Below are positions 15,946-24,772 of a DNA stretch of 24,772 nt, one piece after another. Both the position numbers and the translations under genes were made by a program. Source of the DNA: Armatimonadia bacterium (GTDB lineage Bacteria > Armatimonadota > Zipacnadia > Zipacnadales > UBA11051); NCBI GenBank assembly GCA_039683575.1, contig JBDKRC010000038.1, forward strand, positions 1-24,772. Reading direction: 5' to 3'. Every line of letters begins with the position of its first letter. Within the stretch, counting starts at the first letter, position 1. Below the pieces are notes generated by a model that was not told where the DNA came from, did not search any database, and saw only the letters and a list, made by a program, of their open reading frames with translations.

Positions 15946-17222
15946 TCGCCCGCCGCCACTGTATTGTCCACCATAATGACGCTTTCAGACGCCGCCAATG
16001 TTTGACCAGAGGCGCTACAAGCCTCCACCCGCACCGTGTGCTGACCGTCCGAATACTTCGGCGTATCAAGGAAATAGACGTGCGGCGCCGCGTTGGTCAG
16101 CGCCTTAAGCGTCCCGTCAACATGAAACAGCAGATACCCGCCCTCCGGCAGCCCGGCCACCTCAGCCTCCACCGGCAACTGCCCCCGCGCCGGCTGCTCA
16201 CCCACCGGCCGCACCATCCGCAGCCGCAGCTCCTCCGCTGCCTCCGGCACCGCAGGCTTCTCTGCCAGCACCGTCCCTGCCGTCTCGTCCGGCCCCTCCC
16301 GCGGCACGTAATACCGGTGCAGCGCGTAGTTCGCCACCACCAGCGCCCCCAGCACCTGGAACCGCATCCGCTGCGCCAGTGTCCTCCCCGCCCCGCACTT
16401 GGCCTCAAACAAGTAAGCCGGGATCCCGCACCGCAGCCCGAAATACCGGTGGCAAAGCAGCGTGTTGTCGCTCACACTGTCATAGTAGACATTCAGCCGC
16501 ATCCCCGACTGCTTCATCCACCGCGCCAGATGGCTGCTCGTGGTCATGCAGTCCACCGACAGGTCCTGCGGCAGCCGCGAGTCCTTCCCGATCGTCTCGA
16601 TGAAGCTCTCCTGGTACACCGCTTTGCTGCTGCTGGCCGGCAACTCGTGCATGTCGATGAGCGCATACGGCTTGTAGTGCTTAACCGCCGCCGCAATCGC
16701 CCGCGTCTCCGGCTGCGCAAAGGCCGCCCAGTCCCGGTTCAGATCGGTCCCGCCCCCATTGCGCCGCTTGCTGGCGCACATCCCGTCCGGGTTGGCCACC
16801 GGCACCATCACCAGCGCCATCTGCCGCCGCAACTCCCGCTCGAGTTGCCCCTCGCTCTGCGCAAAATGCCGCGCCAGCGCCAGGCAAGCCGCCGTCCCCG
16901 ACGACTCCGTCCCATGCTGCCGCGCGATCACAAACACCCGCACCTTCCCCTCCAGCGGCGTTGTCGGATCATGCACCACGACCAGCGGAATCGGCCGCCC
17001 CTGGGCGGTGGTCCCAATGCTCCGCATCGTCACGCGCGGATTCTTGTCCAGTACCCTGAGCATCCCCAGCACCCGCTCAAAGCTATCCTGCTCCCCGCCA
17101 TGCCGCGCGCAGATATCCGAAACAATATCCGCCCCGCAAGGCCGCAAACACAGCAAAGCAAGCCCCAGGGCAGCTATGAGCTTCAGTCGGCAATCAGTCA
17201 GCAATATCTCGTCACCGTACAC
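15942..17222 (-). CDS. Secreted M14 family zinc carboxypeptidase-like protein with C-terminal Ig-like domain
   Basis: ARQHGTE (HxxE), NPDG, RRN....DLNRDW, IDMHE, YLFE, and a signal-peptide-like KLIAALGLALLCL. The start is uncertain (GTG 17222 or TTG 17204). The stop overlaps the VanZ-like GTG. Confidence 0.8.
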   Translation of the reverse strand: MYGDEILLTDCRLKLIAALGLALLCLRPCGADIVSDICARHGGEQDSFERVLGMLRVLDKNPRVTMRSIGTTAQGRPIPLVVVHDPTTPLEGKVRVFVIARQHGTESSGTAACLALARHFAQSEGQLERELRRQMALVMVPVANPDGMCASKRRNGGGTDLNRDWAAFAQPETRAIAAAVKHYKPYALIDMHELPASSSKAVYQESFIETIGKDSRLPQDLSVDCMTTSSHLARWMKQSGMRLNVYYDSVSDNTLLCHRYFGLRCGIPAYLFEAKCGAGRTLAQRMRFQVLGALVVANYALHRYYVPREGPDETAGTVLAEKPAVPEAAEELRLRMVRPVGEQPARGQLPVEAEVAGLPEGGYLLFHVDGTLKALTNAAPHVYFLDTPKYSDGQHTVRVEACSASGQTLAASESVIMVDNTVAAGE

Positions 17223-17265
17223 AGCGTTCGGACGTTCCCGCCGTTCCTGTTCCCGCGTTCCCGCC

Positions 17266-17967
17266 TCACCCGTTCCCGAGCCTCTCCAGCAGCTTCTCCG
17301 CCCCCTCCAAATCCGACAACCGCCCCACATCCATCCAATACGCCTCCCGGTCCAGGAACCCCATGACCTTCTCCCCCGCCGCCATCATCGCCGGGATCAC
17401 GTCATGCGCAAAGTCCTTGTTCGGCCCCAGGTACTCCCACACCCGCCGGCTGAATACATTCACTGCCGCATGGCACGGTTTCTCCAGCGGCGGCTTCTCC
17501 ACAAACTTCACGACCCGCCCATCCTCCGCCAATTCCGCCACGCCGGTGTGTATCTCCACGTTCGTAACCAGCCCCAGCGTCGCCGCCGCCGCCGTCTCCC
17601 GGTGCTGCCGCACCATCCCGGCCACATCCAGCCCCGTCAGAATGTCCCCATAGTGCACCACAAAGTCCTCTTCCCCCGCGAGAAGCTCCCGCATCGCATA
17701 CACCTCCCCCGCAGTTTGCGAGGGCTCCGGCCGAAAGCAATACTCGATCTTCACGCCAAAGCGCGACCCGTCCCCAAAGTAGTTGGTAAGCTGCTCCGGA
17801 AACATGGTCACAGCCACGAGCAGATCAGCAAACCCCTGCGCCGCCAGCCGGCAAACCACATGCTCCAGAAGAGGCTTGCCCCGCAACGGGATCATGCCCT
17901 TGTTGAGGTAGGTAGTAAGCGGCCGCATGCGGGTGGCATGGCCGGCGAGAAGGATGACGGTCTTCAT
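17266..17967 (-). CDS. Sugar-phosphate nucleotidyltransferase family protein (NTP_transferase domain only)
   Basis: KTVILLAGHATRMRPLT...K.MIPL.GKPLLE, YFGDGSRFGVKI, YGDIL, FVEKP, YWMDVG. Start at 17967 (or 17976). Confidence 0.88.
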   Translation of the reverse strand: MKTVILLAGHATRMRPLTTYLNKGMIPLRGKPLLEHVVCRLAAQGFADLLVAVTMFPEQLTNYFGDGSRFGVKIEYCFRPEPSQTAGEVYAMRELLAGEEDFVVHYGDILTGLDVAGMVRQHRETAAAATLGLVTNVEIHTGVAELAEDGRVVKFVEKPPLEKPCHAAVNVFSRRVWEYLGPNKDFAHDVIPAMMAAGEKVMGFLDREAYWMDVGRLSDLEGAEKLLERLGNG

Positions 17968-17976
17968 GGTGTGCAC

Positions 17977-18813
17977 TTACCATAGCCTTCCAAGCTTCAA
18001 CAACCGCATCGCGTTCCCCCGCGCTATCGCCTCCCGCCACTCCGCGTTCCCAATCGCGTTCACCCACCCCACCTGCGGGTACTCGACCCCATGCTTGCAC
18101 ACGTCCGTCCCCATGAGCAGCTTCCCCCAGTGCCGCTCCACGAACCCCGGCGTATACTCCGGGTCCCGCGTCAGCGCATTCCACCCCGACCCCGCGCTGA
18201 GGTCCGCGTACAGGTTGTCATACTCCCCCAGCATCCGGTCCACTGCCCCGTCCGCCGCGATCGTCCCCTTGGCGTACGTGTACATGTTACCTTCGTTCAC
18301 ATCGCCGGAGATGTTGGTCCAGAACCCCGGCCCGTGCCCGACGAACATGCAGTCGGGGAACTCCTTCAGACACGCCTCCAGCCGCGGCAGCCCCGGCTCA
18401 TCCGTCAGTCCCCCGCCGCAGATGTCCATCACCATCGCCATGTTGTACTCGGCGCACTTGCGGTAGATGACCTTGTTCAGTTCATGGTCGAACGGCAGCC
18501 CCGGGATATGCTCGCCGAAGCCCTTGCAGTCATACTGCTTCACGAATACGTCAAACAGGCGCTCCACCTTCGGGTACCGCGGGTCAATGCACATGAACGC
18601 CACAAACCGCTCCGGGTACTTATCCCGCGCGGCGATGCACTCATCGGTCAGCAGATACCCCCACCCGCCCTCAGGGCTCTCCAGGGGCAGCAGCACGCTG
18701 ATCTCAATCCCCTCGCGGTTCATCCGGTCCACACACTGCTCCGCGGTGAAATAGGGCACCCGCGGGTAATCCTCCCGATATAGTCGGCCGATGTGGCAAT
18801 GAAAGTCAATCAC
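17977..18813 (-). CDS. Amidohydrolase family protein (Amidohydro_2-like)
   Basis: IDFHCH (HxH), GFGEH, FVGHGPGFW, NLYADLSAGSG, KLLMGTD, GNA.RLL. Confidence 0.88.
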   Translation of the reverse strand: MIDFHCHIGRLYREDYPRVPYFTAEQCVDRMNREGIEISVLLPLESPEGGWGYLLTDECIAARDKYPERFVAFMCIDPRYPKVERLFDVFVKQYDCKGFGEHIPGLPFDHELNKVIYRKCAEYNMAMVMDICGGGLTDEPGLPRLEACLKEFPDCMFVGHGPGFWTNISGDVNEGNMYTYAKGTIAADGAVDRMLGEYDNLYADLSAGSGWNALTRDPEYTPGFVERHWGKLLMGTDVCKHGVEYPQVGWVNAIGNAEWREAIARGNAMRLLKLGRLW

Positions 18814-18908
18814 GTTTGGTGCCTCGCAGCAAACAGCTCTTCAGGATGGACAGTCCTCATGCCGGATTCTCCGGCACCCTGAACGAATCAGAATTCTTCG
18901 CACCCCTC

Positions 18909-18977
18909 TGTCATTCTGAGCGAAGCGAAGAATCTCGGCCGCCAACCCGGGGATTCCTCGCTTCGCTCAGAATGACA
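18909..18977. repeat. TGTCA palindromic repeat, copy 3 (near-perfect 26-bp arms)
   Basis: TGTCATTCTGAGCGAAGCGAAGAATC(18909-18934)...GATTCCTCGCTTCGCTCAGAATGACA(18952-18977), with one mismatch. Confidence 0.9.
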
Positions 18978-19046
18978 ACCTATTTCGGGAGCGGATAACG
19001 GCGGATGAACAGGATCACCCTGGATCAGACCAGAATCCCTGGCCTT

Positions 19047-19120
19047 ATCCTGTCCATCCTGCCTTCATCCTGTATATCCTGTATATCCTGTATATCCTGT
19101 ATATCCTGTATATCCTGTAA
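19047..19120. repeat. 9-bp tandem repeat (ATCCTGTAT)n
   Basis: Five perfect units plus ATCCTGTAA at 19067-19120, preceded by two degenerate units (19047, 19056). Confidence 0.95.
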
Positions 19121-19139
19121 AGAAGATCCCATCGGCCCT

Positions 19140-20264
<1,125 letters not shown>

Positions 20265-20295
20265 GGTGAGTCTCTCCACTGATGTTGATAGCCAA

Positions 20296-20325
20296 ATTGT
20301 ATCCGCCCCGAGGGCGCGAGGTCAA
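20296..20325 (-). promoter_or_regulatory. Putative sigma70 promoter for the DUF362 gene
   Basis: Minus strand TTGACC-N18-TACAAT, about 30 nt upstream of the start codon. Confidence 0.6.
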
Positions 20326-20370
20326 CAACATCCCCCCCGTACTCCTCCGTAAGCTGTCCCTGACCAAGCG

Positions 20371-20448
20371 TGTCATTCCGAGGAGCGAAGCGACGAAGAA
20401 TCCCCCCCGCTACCCACCCGCACCCCCGAGATCATCCGCTTCGCTCAG
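20371..20448. repeat. TGTCA palindromic repeat, copy 4 (right arm degenerate)
   Basis: TGTCATTCCGAGGAGCGAAGCGACGAAGAATCC-C-rich spacer-GAGATCATCCGCTTCGCTCAG. Confidence 0.8.
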
Positions 20449-20464
20449 CACCACCGTCCCCTAT

Positions 20465-20551
20465 TGTCATTCTGAGGAGCGCCGTTTGCGACGAAGAATC
20501 CCCCCGCTACCCCACCGCCCCCCGAAATTCTTCGCTTCGCTCAGAATGACA
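20465..20551. repeat. TGTCA palindromic repeat, copy 5
   Basis: TGTCATTCTGAGGAGCGCCGTTTGCGACGAAGAATCC-spacer-ATTCTTCGCTTCGCTCAGAATGACA. Confidence 0.88.
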
Positions 20552-20570
20552 ACCATCGTTCCCCCTCCGC

Positions 20571-20598
20571 CTGTTTTCTGTTTTCTGTTTTCCGTTTT
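20571..20598. repeat. Heptamer tandem repeat (CTGTTTT)3-CCGTTTT
   Basis: Read directly from the sequence; lies 10 nt downstream of the lemA stop. Confidence 0.8.
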
Positions 20599-20608
20599 CG
20601 CCGTCTCT

Positions 20609-21175
20609 CTATCCGAAAGACACCGTCACCGGCTCCCGCGCCGCCGCGTCGTCAACCTCAAAGAACTCCGCCCCGCCGAACCCGAACATCCCTGCGACCA
20701 CGCTGCTGGGGAAGGACTGTACCGCGATGTTGTTCTCCCGCACGTTGGCATTGTAGAACCGCCGCGCGGCCTGAATGCGGTCCTCGGTGTTGGCCAGCTC
20801 CTGCTGCAGCTCCTTGAAGTTCTGGCTCGCCTTCAGGTCCGGGTAGTTCTCAGCGATGGCCAGCAGCGACTTGAGCGCCTGCGCCAGCACATTCTCCTGC
20901 TGGGCCAGCGCCGCCGGCTGGTTGCTCAGCGTCAGCGCCGCCTCCCTGGCCCGCACCACGTTGTCCATGATTGCCCGCTCATGCGCCGCGTAGCCCTTCA
21001 CCGTCTCCACCAGGTTCGGGATCAGGTCATGTCGCCGCCGCAACTCCGTGTCCACATCCGCCCACGATTCCTTGACGGTCGCCCGGAGCCGCACCAGGCG
21101 GTTATAGGCGGCCACGATGTACACCAGCGGCGCCAGCACAATGATTCCTACAACGAGCATCACCGAAGCATCCAT
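20609..21175 (-). CDS. lemA: LemA family protein
   Basis: N-terminal TM, YNRLV, WADVD.EL.RR.DLIPNLVETVKGYAAHE, ENYPDLKA, TEDRI.AARR.YN, FPS. Confidence 0.95.
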   Translation of the reverse strand: MDASVMLVVGIIVLAPLVYIVAAYNRLVRLRATVKESWADVDTELRRRHDLIPNLVETVKGYAAHERAIMDNVVRAREAALTLSNQPAALAQQENVLAQALKSLLAIAENYPDLKASQNFKELQQELANTEDRIQAARRFYNANVRENNIAVQSFPSSVVAGMFGFGGAEFFEVDDAAAREPVTVSFG

Positions 21176-21900
21176 TCTAATCCCTCCGTTGTTGGTCGCC
21201 CCTGCGGAAGCTCTACGCCTGCGACGTCAACCTGCTGCAGATAGTCCGGCAGCAGGGCTATGAAGGCCCTTCCGAAGTCCAGCATTCGCCTGATATCCTG
21301 GCCCAGGAAGGCCAGCGGCGCTTGCCCACTCGTGCCGTGGATCAGCACTGTGAAGCCACTCGCCTCGATTGCGAGGCCGTCGGTACCCAGCAATAGCTCC
21401 ATTGTCCGGGCGTGGACCACATCAAAAGCGAATCTGGCATCCTGACACTGCACCGCGTAGCGGCGGTTGAACTCGTCGGACTCGAACTGCACGTCATGCA
21501 CACCCAGGAAATGCCCGATCTTGTCCCCTATTCCCTCGGGCCGAATGACCAGGGGCTTGAACAGCAGGGGCGATCCGAGCAAGGCGCACGTGAAGTAGTA
21601 GGTGTGGCTGTTCTTGCCAGAGCCCACCGTGTAGCGATAGTCGAAGCAGCGGATCGGCACCCCTTGGTACTGGCCGTACAGCACGTTGCTGACCTTGCGG
21701 CTGTGCCCGTGCTGAAACAGCGGCTGCGTCAGGGCATCTCTCGTGCCAAAGGGGTCGTTCGGGCTGTACTGGCAGCCCATCTCAGCCGCCAGCGCCGCCC
21801 ACGCCGCCCGCCGCTTCTTCGCCGAAACGGCCGCCGCAATGGCGACGATGATGATGAAGAGCACGAAGGCTATCCAGATCCAGTAAGGTTCGCCGTGCAT
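21160..21900 (-). CDS. Single-pass membrane protein of unknown function (possibly DUF3137-like), LemA-associated paralog B
   Basis: N-terminal TM followed by KKRR; GHSR..SNVLYG, FDYRY, L.IRPE, DVQFESDEFNRRY. Overlaps the lemA start and is paralogous to 21913..22590. Confidence 0.8.
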   Translation of the reverse strand: MHGEPYWIWIAFVLFIIIVAIAAAVSAKKRRAAWAALAAEMGCQYSPNDPFGTRDALTQPLFQHGHSRKVSNVLYGQYQGVPIRCFDYRYTVGSGKNSHTYYFTCALLGSPLLFKPLVIRPEGIGDKIGHFLGVHDVQFESDEFNRRYAVQCQDARFAFDVVHARTMELLLGTDGLAIEASGFTVLIHGTSGQAPLAFLGQDIRRMLDFGRAFIALLPDYLQQVDVAGVELPQGRPTTEGLEWMLR

Positions 21901-21912
21901 CCGCGCTCGTTC

Positions 21913-22590
21913 CTACTTTCTCGCCGCCTGCAAATAGTGCGGCAACAGCCCCACAAACTCAATTCCGTACTCCAGCAGCCGCACCACTTCCCCCTCCAGG
22001 TCGCTGATGCGCGCTTGCCCCTCCGGATCACATATCAGCACCGACCACCCATACGCCTCGATCTCGCGGTGCTTGTGCCGCAAGAGCAACTCCATCATAC
22101 GCGGATGAATCACATCATACGCAAACCGCTTGTTCGTGCAGTGCACCGCAAACTGCCGGTTGAACTCCGCGCTTTCGAACTGCAGGTCGTGCCCTCCCAG
22201 CAGGCGGTTGACCCGATCGCCCGTCGTCTCAGGCCGTATCCCCAGCGGGTAGAACCTCACGGGCGTCGCCACGAGCAGGCATGTAAAGAAGGACGTGCCG
22301 CTGGCCCTGCCATCCCCCTCGGTCATCCTGTAGTCAAAACACCGCACCCGCACGCCCTTGTAATCCCCATACATCACATTATAGGCGCGTTGGCTGTGTC
22401 CTTCCCGGAAGAACTGCTTCTTCTGCCTGCTCGGAGTATCGAAGGGGTCTTTCGCCTGGAACTGCAGTCCCAGCCTGGACGCGATCTCACGCCACCGCGC
22501 CCTGCGCCGTCGCCCGCTGACAAGCTCCACGATGCCCCAGACGGCCAAGCCGACAAAGGGAATTAGGGCTATCCAGCTACCGTCGTCCAT
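21913..22590 (-). CDS. Single-pass membrane protein of unknown function, LemA-associated paralog A
   Basis: N-terminal TM followed by RRRR; GHSQ..YNVMYG, FDYRM, LGIRPE, DLQFESAEFNRQF, FAYDVIHPRMMELLL. Confidence 0.8.
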   Translation of the reverse strand: MDDGSWIALIPFVGLAVWGIVELVSGRRRRARWREIASRLGLQFQAKDPFDTPSRQKKQFFREGHSQRAYNVMYGDYKGVRVRCFDYRMTEGDGRASGTSFFTCLLVATPVRFYPLGIRPETTGDRVNRLLGGHDLQFESAEFNRQFAVHCTNKRFAYDVIHPRMMELLLRHKHREIEAYGWSVLICDPEGQARISDLEGEVVRLLEYGIEFVGLLPHYLQAARK

Positions 22591-22625
22591 GGGTCCCCCC
22601 AGAGGGAAGGCGAATTCGTCTGCCT

Positions 22626-23708
22626 TCAGGCAAACGCCATCCTGACCGCCTCATGCACGATCTCCCCGCCCCGCACGTTCACTCCCAGAGCCAGCGACTT
22701 GTCCTGCGCGATGGCCTCGTCCAGGCCCAGGCCGGCGAGCCGCCGCACGTAGGGCAGGGTGGCGTTGGTCAGGGCGAAGGTCGAGGTCCGTGGCACGGCC
22801 GCGGGGATGTTGGGAACGGCGTAGTGGAGGACCCCATGCAGCTTGTAGATGGGCTCTGAGTGGCTTGTGGGGCGAATCGTCTCCACACACCCGCCCTGGT
22901 CAATTGCCACATCCACGATCACCGAATCGGCTTTCATGCCCTTTACTGCCTCTTCCGACACCAGCCGCGGGGCCTTGGCGCCCGGTATGAGCACCGCGCC
23001 GACCAGCAGGTCTGTGGTCGAGGCCGCCTCCGCGATGGAGTATGGGGTGGAATAGAGCGTAGTCACATGCCCCGGCAGGACGTCGTCGAGGTACTTAAGC
23101 CGGTCGTGGTTCACATCTACCACGGTCACTTTGGCCCCCATGCCGCTGGCTACTTTGGCCGCTGCGGTGCCTACCGACCCACAGCCGATGATGAGCACCT
23201 TGGCCGGTGGAACCCCCGGAACGCCGCCCAGAAGCACTCCCAGACCGCCCTGGTGCTTTTCCAGGCACCACGAGCCCACCTGGGTCGCCATCTTCCCCGC
23301 GACCTCGCTCATCGGCATCAACAAGGGCAGCCGCCCATCCGGCGTCTGGATGGTCTCATAGGCGATTCCGGTCAGTTTCAGCCCCAGCAAGGCCTTGGTG
23401 AGCTCGGCCGAGGAGGCCAGGTGCAGGTAGGTGAAGAGCAGGTGTGTCGGCTTGAGGAGGGGGTACTCCGGGGGCAGGGGCTCTTTCACTTTTACGATTA
23501 GTTCAGCACGATCGTATGTTTCCGCTGCATCAGAGGCCAGTTTCGCCCCGGCTTTCCGGTACTCATCGTCACCGATTCCGCTGCCGGTGCCGGCCCCTTG
23601 CTGGACTAACACCTCATGGCCATCCTTGACCAGCATGTTCACCCCGGCGGGGGTGGCAGCTACTCGCTTTTCGCCGTTCTTGATCTCCGTCGGTATGCCG
23701 ATTCTCAT
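22626..23708 (-). CDS. ald: Alanine dehydrogenase
   Basis: MRIGIP.EIK..E.RV, KVKEP, FTYLHLA, PMSEVAG, GAVLIPGAKAP, DVAIDQGGC, NIP.AVPRTST.ALTNAT. Start at 23708 (alternative 23726). Confidence 0.96.
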   Translation of the reverse strand: MRIGIPTEIKNGEKRVAATPAGVNMLVKDGHEVLVQQGAGTGSGIGDDEYRKAGAKLASDAAETYDRAELIVKVKEPLPPEYPLLKPTHLLFTYLHLASSAELTKALLGLKLTGIAYETIQTPDGRLPLLMPMSEVAGKMATQVGSWCLEKHQGGLGVLLGGVPGVPPAKVLIIGCGSVGTAAAKVASGMGAKVTVVDVNHDRLKYLDDVLPGHVTTLYSTPYSIAEAASTTDLLVGAVLIPGAKAPRLVSEEAVKGMKADSVIVDVAIDQGGCVETIRPTSHSEPIYKLHGVLHYAVPNIPAAVPRTSTFALTNATLPYVRRLAGLGLDEAIAQDKSLALGVNVRGGEIVHEAVRMAFA

Positions 23709-23828
23709 GGTCGTCTTGCGTTTCATCTCCCTGCGTTTGTTGGAGCTTTGCAACCTTCGGCACTACTCTGATTTTCGGCCTGAATCGTTACATCGGTCAA
23801 CTTCGTTTGCGCATTTGGGCACTCTTTT

Positions 23829-24713
23829 TCAGCCACTAACCACCAGTTTGAGGCCCTTCGGAACGACCTGTACCGACACCGGCGTCATCCCCAGCGGCTC
23901 ACCTTCGACCTGCCATGGTACAGGCGGGTTGGACTCTATATGCATGCTGCCCGCGCGTACCACCGTCGCGGTAGGATGCCCGGCCGCCGTCTCCCCCGCA
24001 AAGAACATCCTCACGGCGAGGTCCAGGAAGTCCAGGAAGCCCTGCCGGTGGATGAACACCACGTCCAGAAGCCCGTCATCCTCCCGCGCCTCAGGCGCGG
24101 GTCGTAGCCGCCAGCTGAACTCGTTGGTATTGCAGATCAGCACCCCCCACATCGGCCCCTCTATCACCTGCTGGTCCACGGTGACCCGGAAGGTGCTGGG
24201 CTCCTGCATGAGCATGCTGCGGAAGAATTCGGTCACGAAAGCGATTTTGCCAAGGCGCTGCTTCCACCAGGAATCGAGGTTCAAGGTCACCTGGGCATCG
24301 ATTCCGGCCCCGGCGGTGGCCAGGAAATACCGCCCGTCCATCAGGCCGAGGTCTATGGTGACGACTTTGCCCGCGGCGGCAACGTTACAGGAGGTCGTGT
24401 ACTGGCGGTCATCGAGGCCGGCGTAGCGGGCGATGACATTGCCGGTGCCGAGGGGGACGATGGCGAGTTCCGTGCCGGTGTTGGCCAGGGACTGGATGAC
24501 CTCGTTGATGGTCCCATCGCCACCCGCGGCGATAACGCGGGGCACGCCGGCGGCCACGGCCTCGGCGGCAAAGCGCCGGGCATCGCCCGGCTCGGCAGTC
24601 TGGCGCACATCCAGTTCCAGACCAGAACCCTGCAGGCAATGGACTACATCGTCGAGGGAGATGACACTCTCCACGAGGCGGGCGGCGGGGTTAGCGATGA
24701 GGGTAGCTAGCAT
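23829..24713 (-). CDS. Diacylglycerol/lipid kinase family protein (YegS/DgkB-like)
   Basis: IANP.A, AAGGDGTINEV, PLGTGN, IDLG, G.GIDA, DDGLLDV. Confidence 0.92.
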   Translation of the reverse strand: MLATLIANPAARLVESVISLDDVVHCLQGSGLELDVRQTAEPGDARRFAAEAVAAGVPRVIAAGGDGTINEVIQSLANTGTELAIVPLGTGNVIARYAGLDDRQYTTSCNVAAAGKVVTIDLGLMDGRYFLATAGAGIDAQVTLNLDSWWKQRLGKIAFVTEFFRSMLMQEPSTFRVTVDQQVIEGPMWGVLICNTNEFSWRLRPAPEAREDDGLLDVVFIHRQGFLDFLDLAVRMFFAGETAAGHPTATVVRAGSMHIESNPPVPWQVEGEPLGMTPVSVQVVPKGLKLVVSG

Positions 24714-24772
24714 GACGTAGATGACGGCCTATGGGCACGCCGGGATGGGTGGGAAGCTTGAGGCGGTACGTA

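Noticed and set aside
16002-17985. 454-aa and 408-aa plus-strand ORFs
   Set aside because: Low-complexity Arg/Pro/His- or Ser/Arg-rich shadows of the minus-strand M14 peptidase and nucleotidyltransferase.
18840-18900. TPP- or FMN-riboswitch-like words (GGGTGCC...TGAG on the minus strand)
   Set aside because: The remaining conserved elements of those riboswitches are absent; kept only as an unassigned stem structure.
20371-20551. Possible mini-CRISPR array
   Set aside because: Only two units, arranged as inverted arms with similar rather than unique spacers; dispersed copies elsewhere; no cas genes.

Overview
GC-rich bacterial chromosomal segment with 25 supportable protein-coding genes. I found no rRNA, tRNA, CRISPR array or transposase. 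In order along the window: the 3' end of a SAM methyltransferase; a solitary PilB/GspE ATPase; a Gfo/Idh/MocA dehydrogenase and a TIM-barrel sugar isomerase separated by a DUF4258-DUF2283 toxin-antitoxin-like pair; a minus-strand redox trio (thioredoxin reductase, 2-Cys peroxiredoxin, rhodanese) divergent from a 1550-aa (PAS-PAS-GAF)2-PAS-PAS hybrid kinase. A long minus-strand run follows: UPF0126 membrane protein, HtrA/DegP, two thioredoxins, VanZ-like protein, M14 peptidase, nucleotidyltransferase, amidohydrolase, DUF362, LemA with two paralogous partners, alanine dehydrogenase and a DAGK-family kinase. The most notable signals are four. (1) The thioredoxin reductase lacks both NADPH-binding motifs and has a Trp-bearing C-terminal tail like NADPH-independent DTR/FFTR enzymes. 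(2) DegP has Glu at the catalytic Asp position. (3) The TA-like pair is translationally coupled inside a putative 3-keto-sugar operon. (4) A TGTCA-tagged palindromic repeat family occurs in about 5 copies and repeatedly follows short tandem repeats in 3' UTRs. All family calls come from motif recognition by eye, not database searches.
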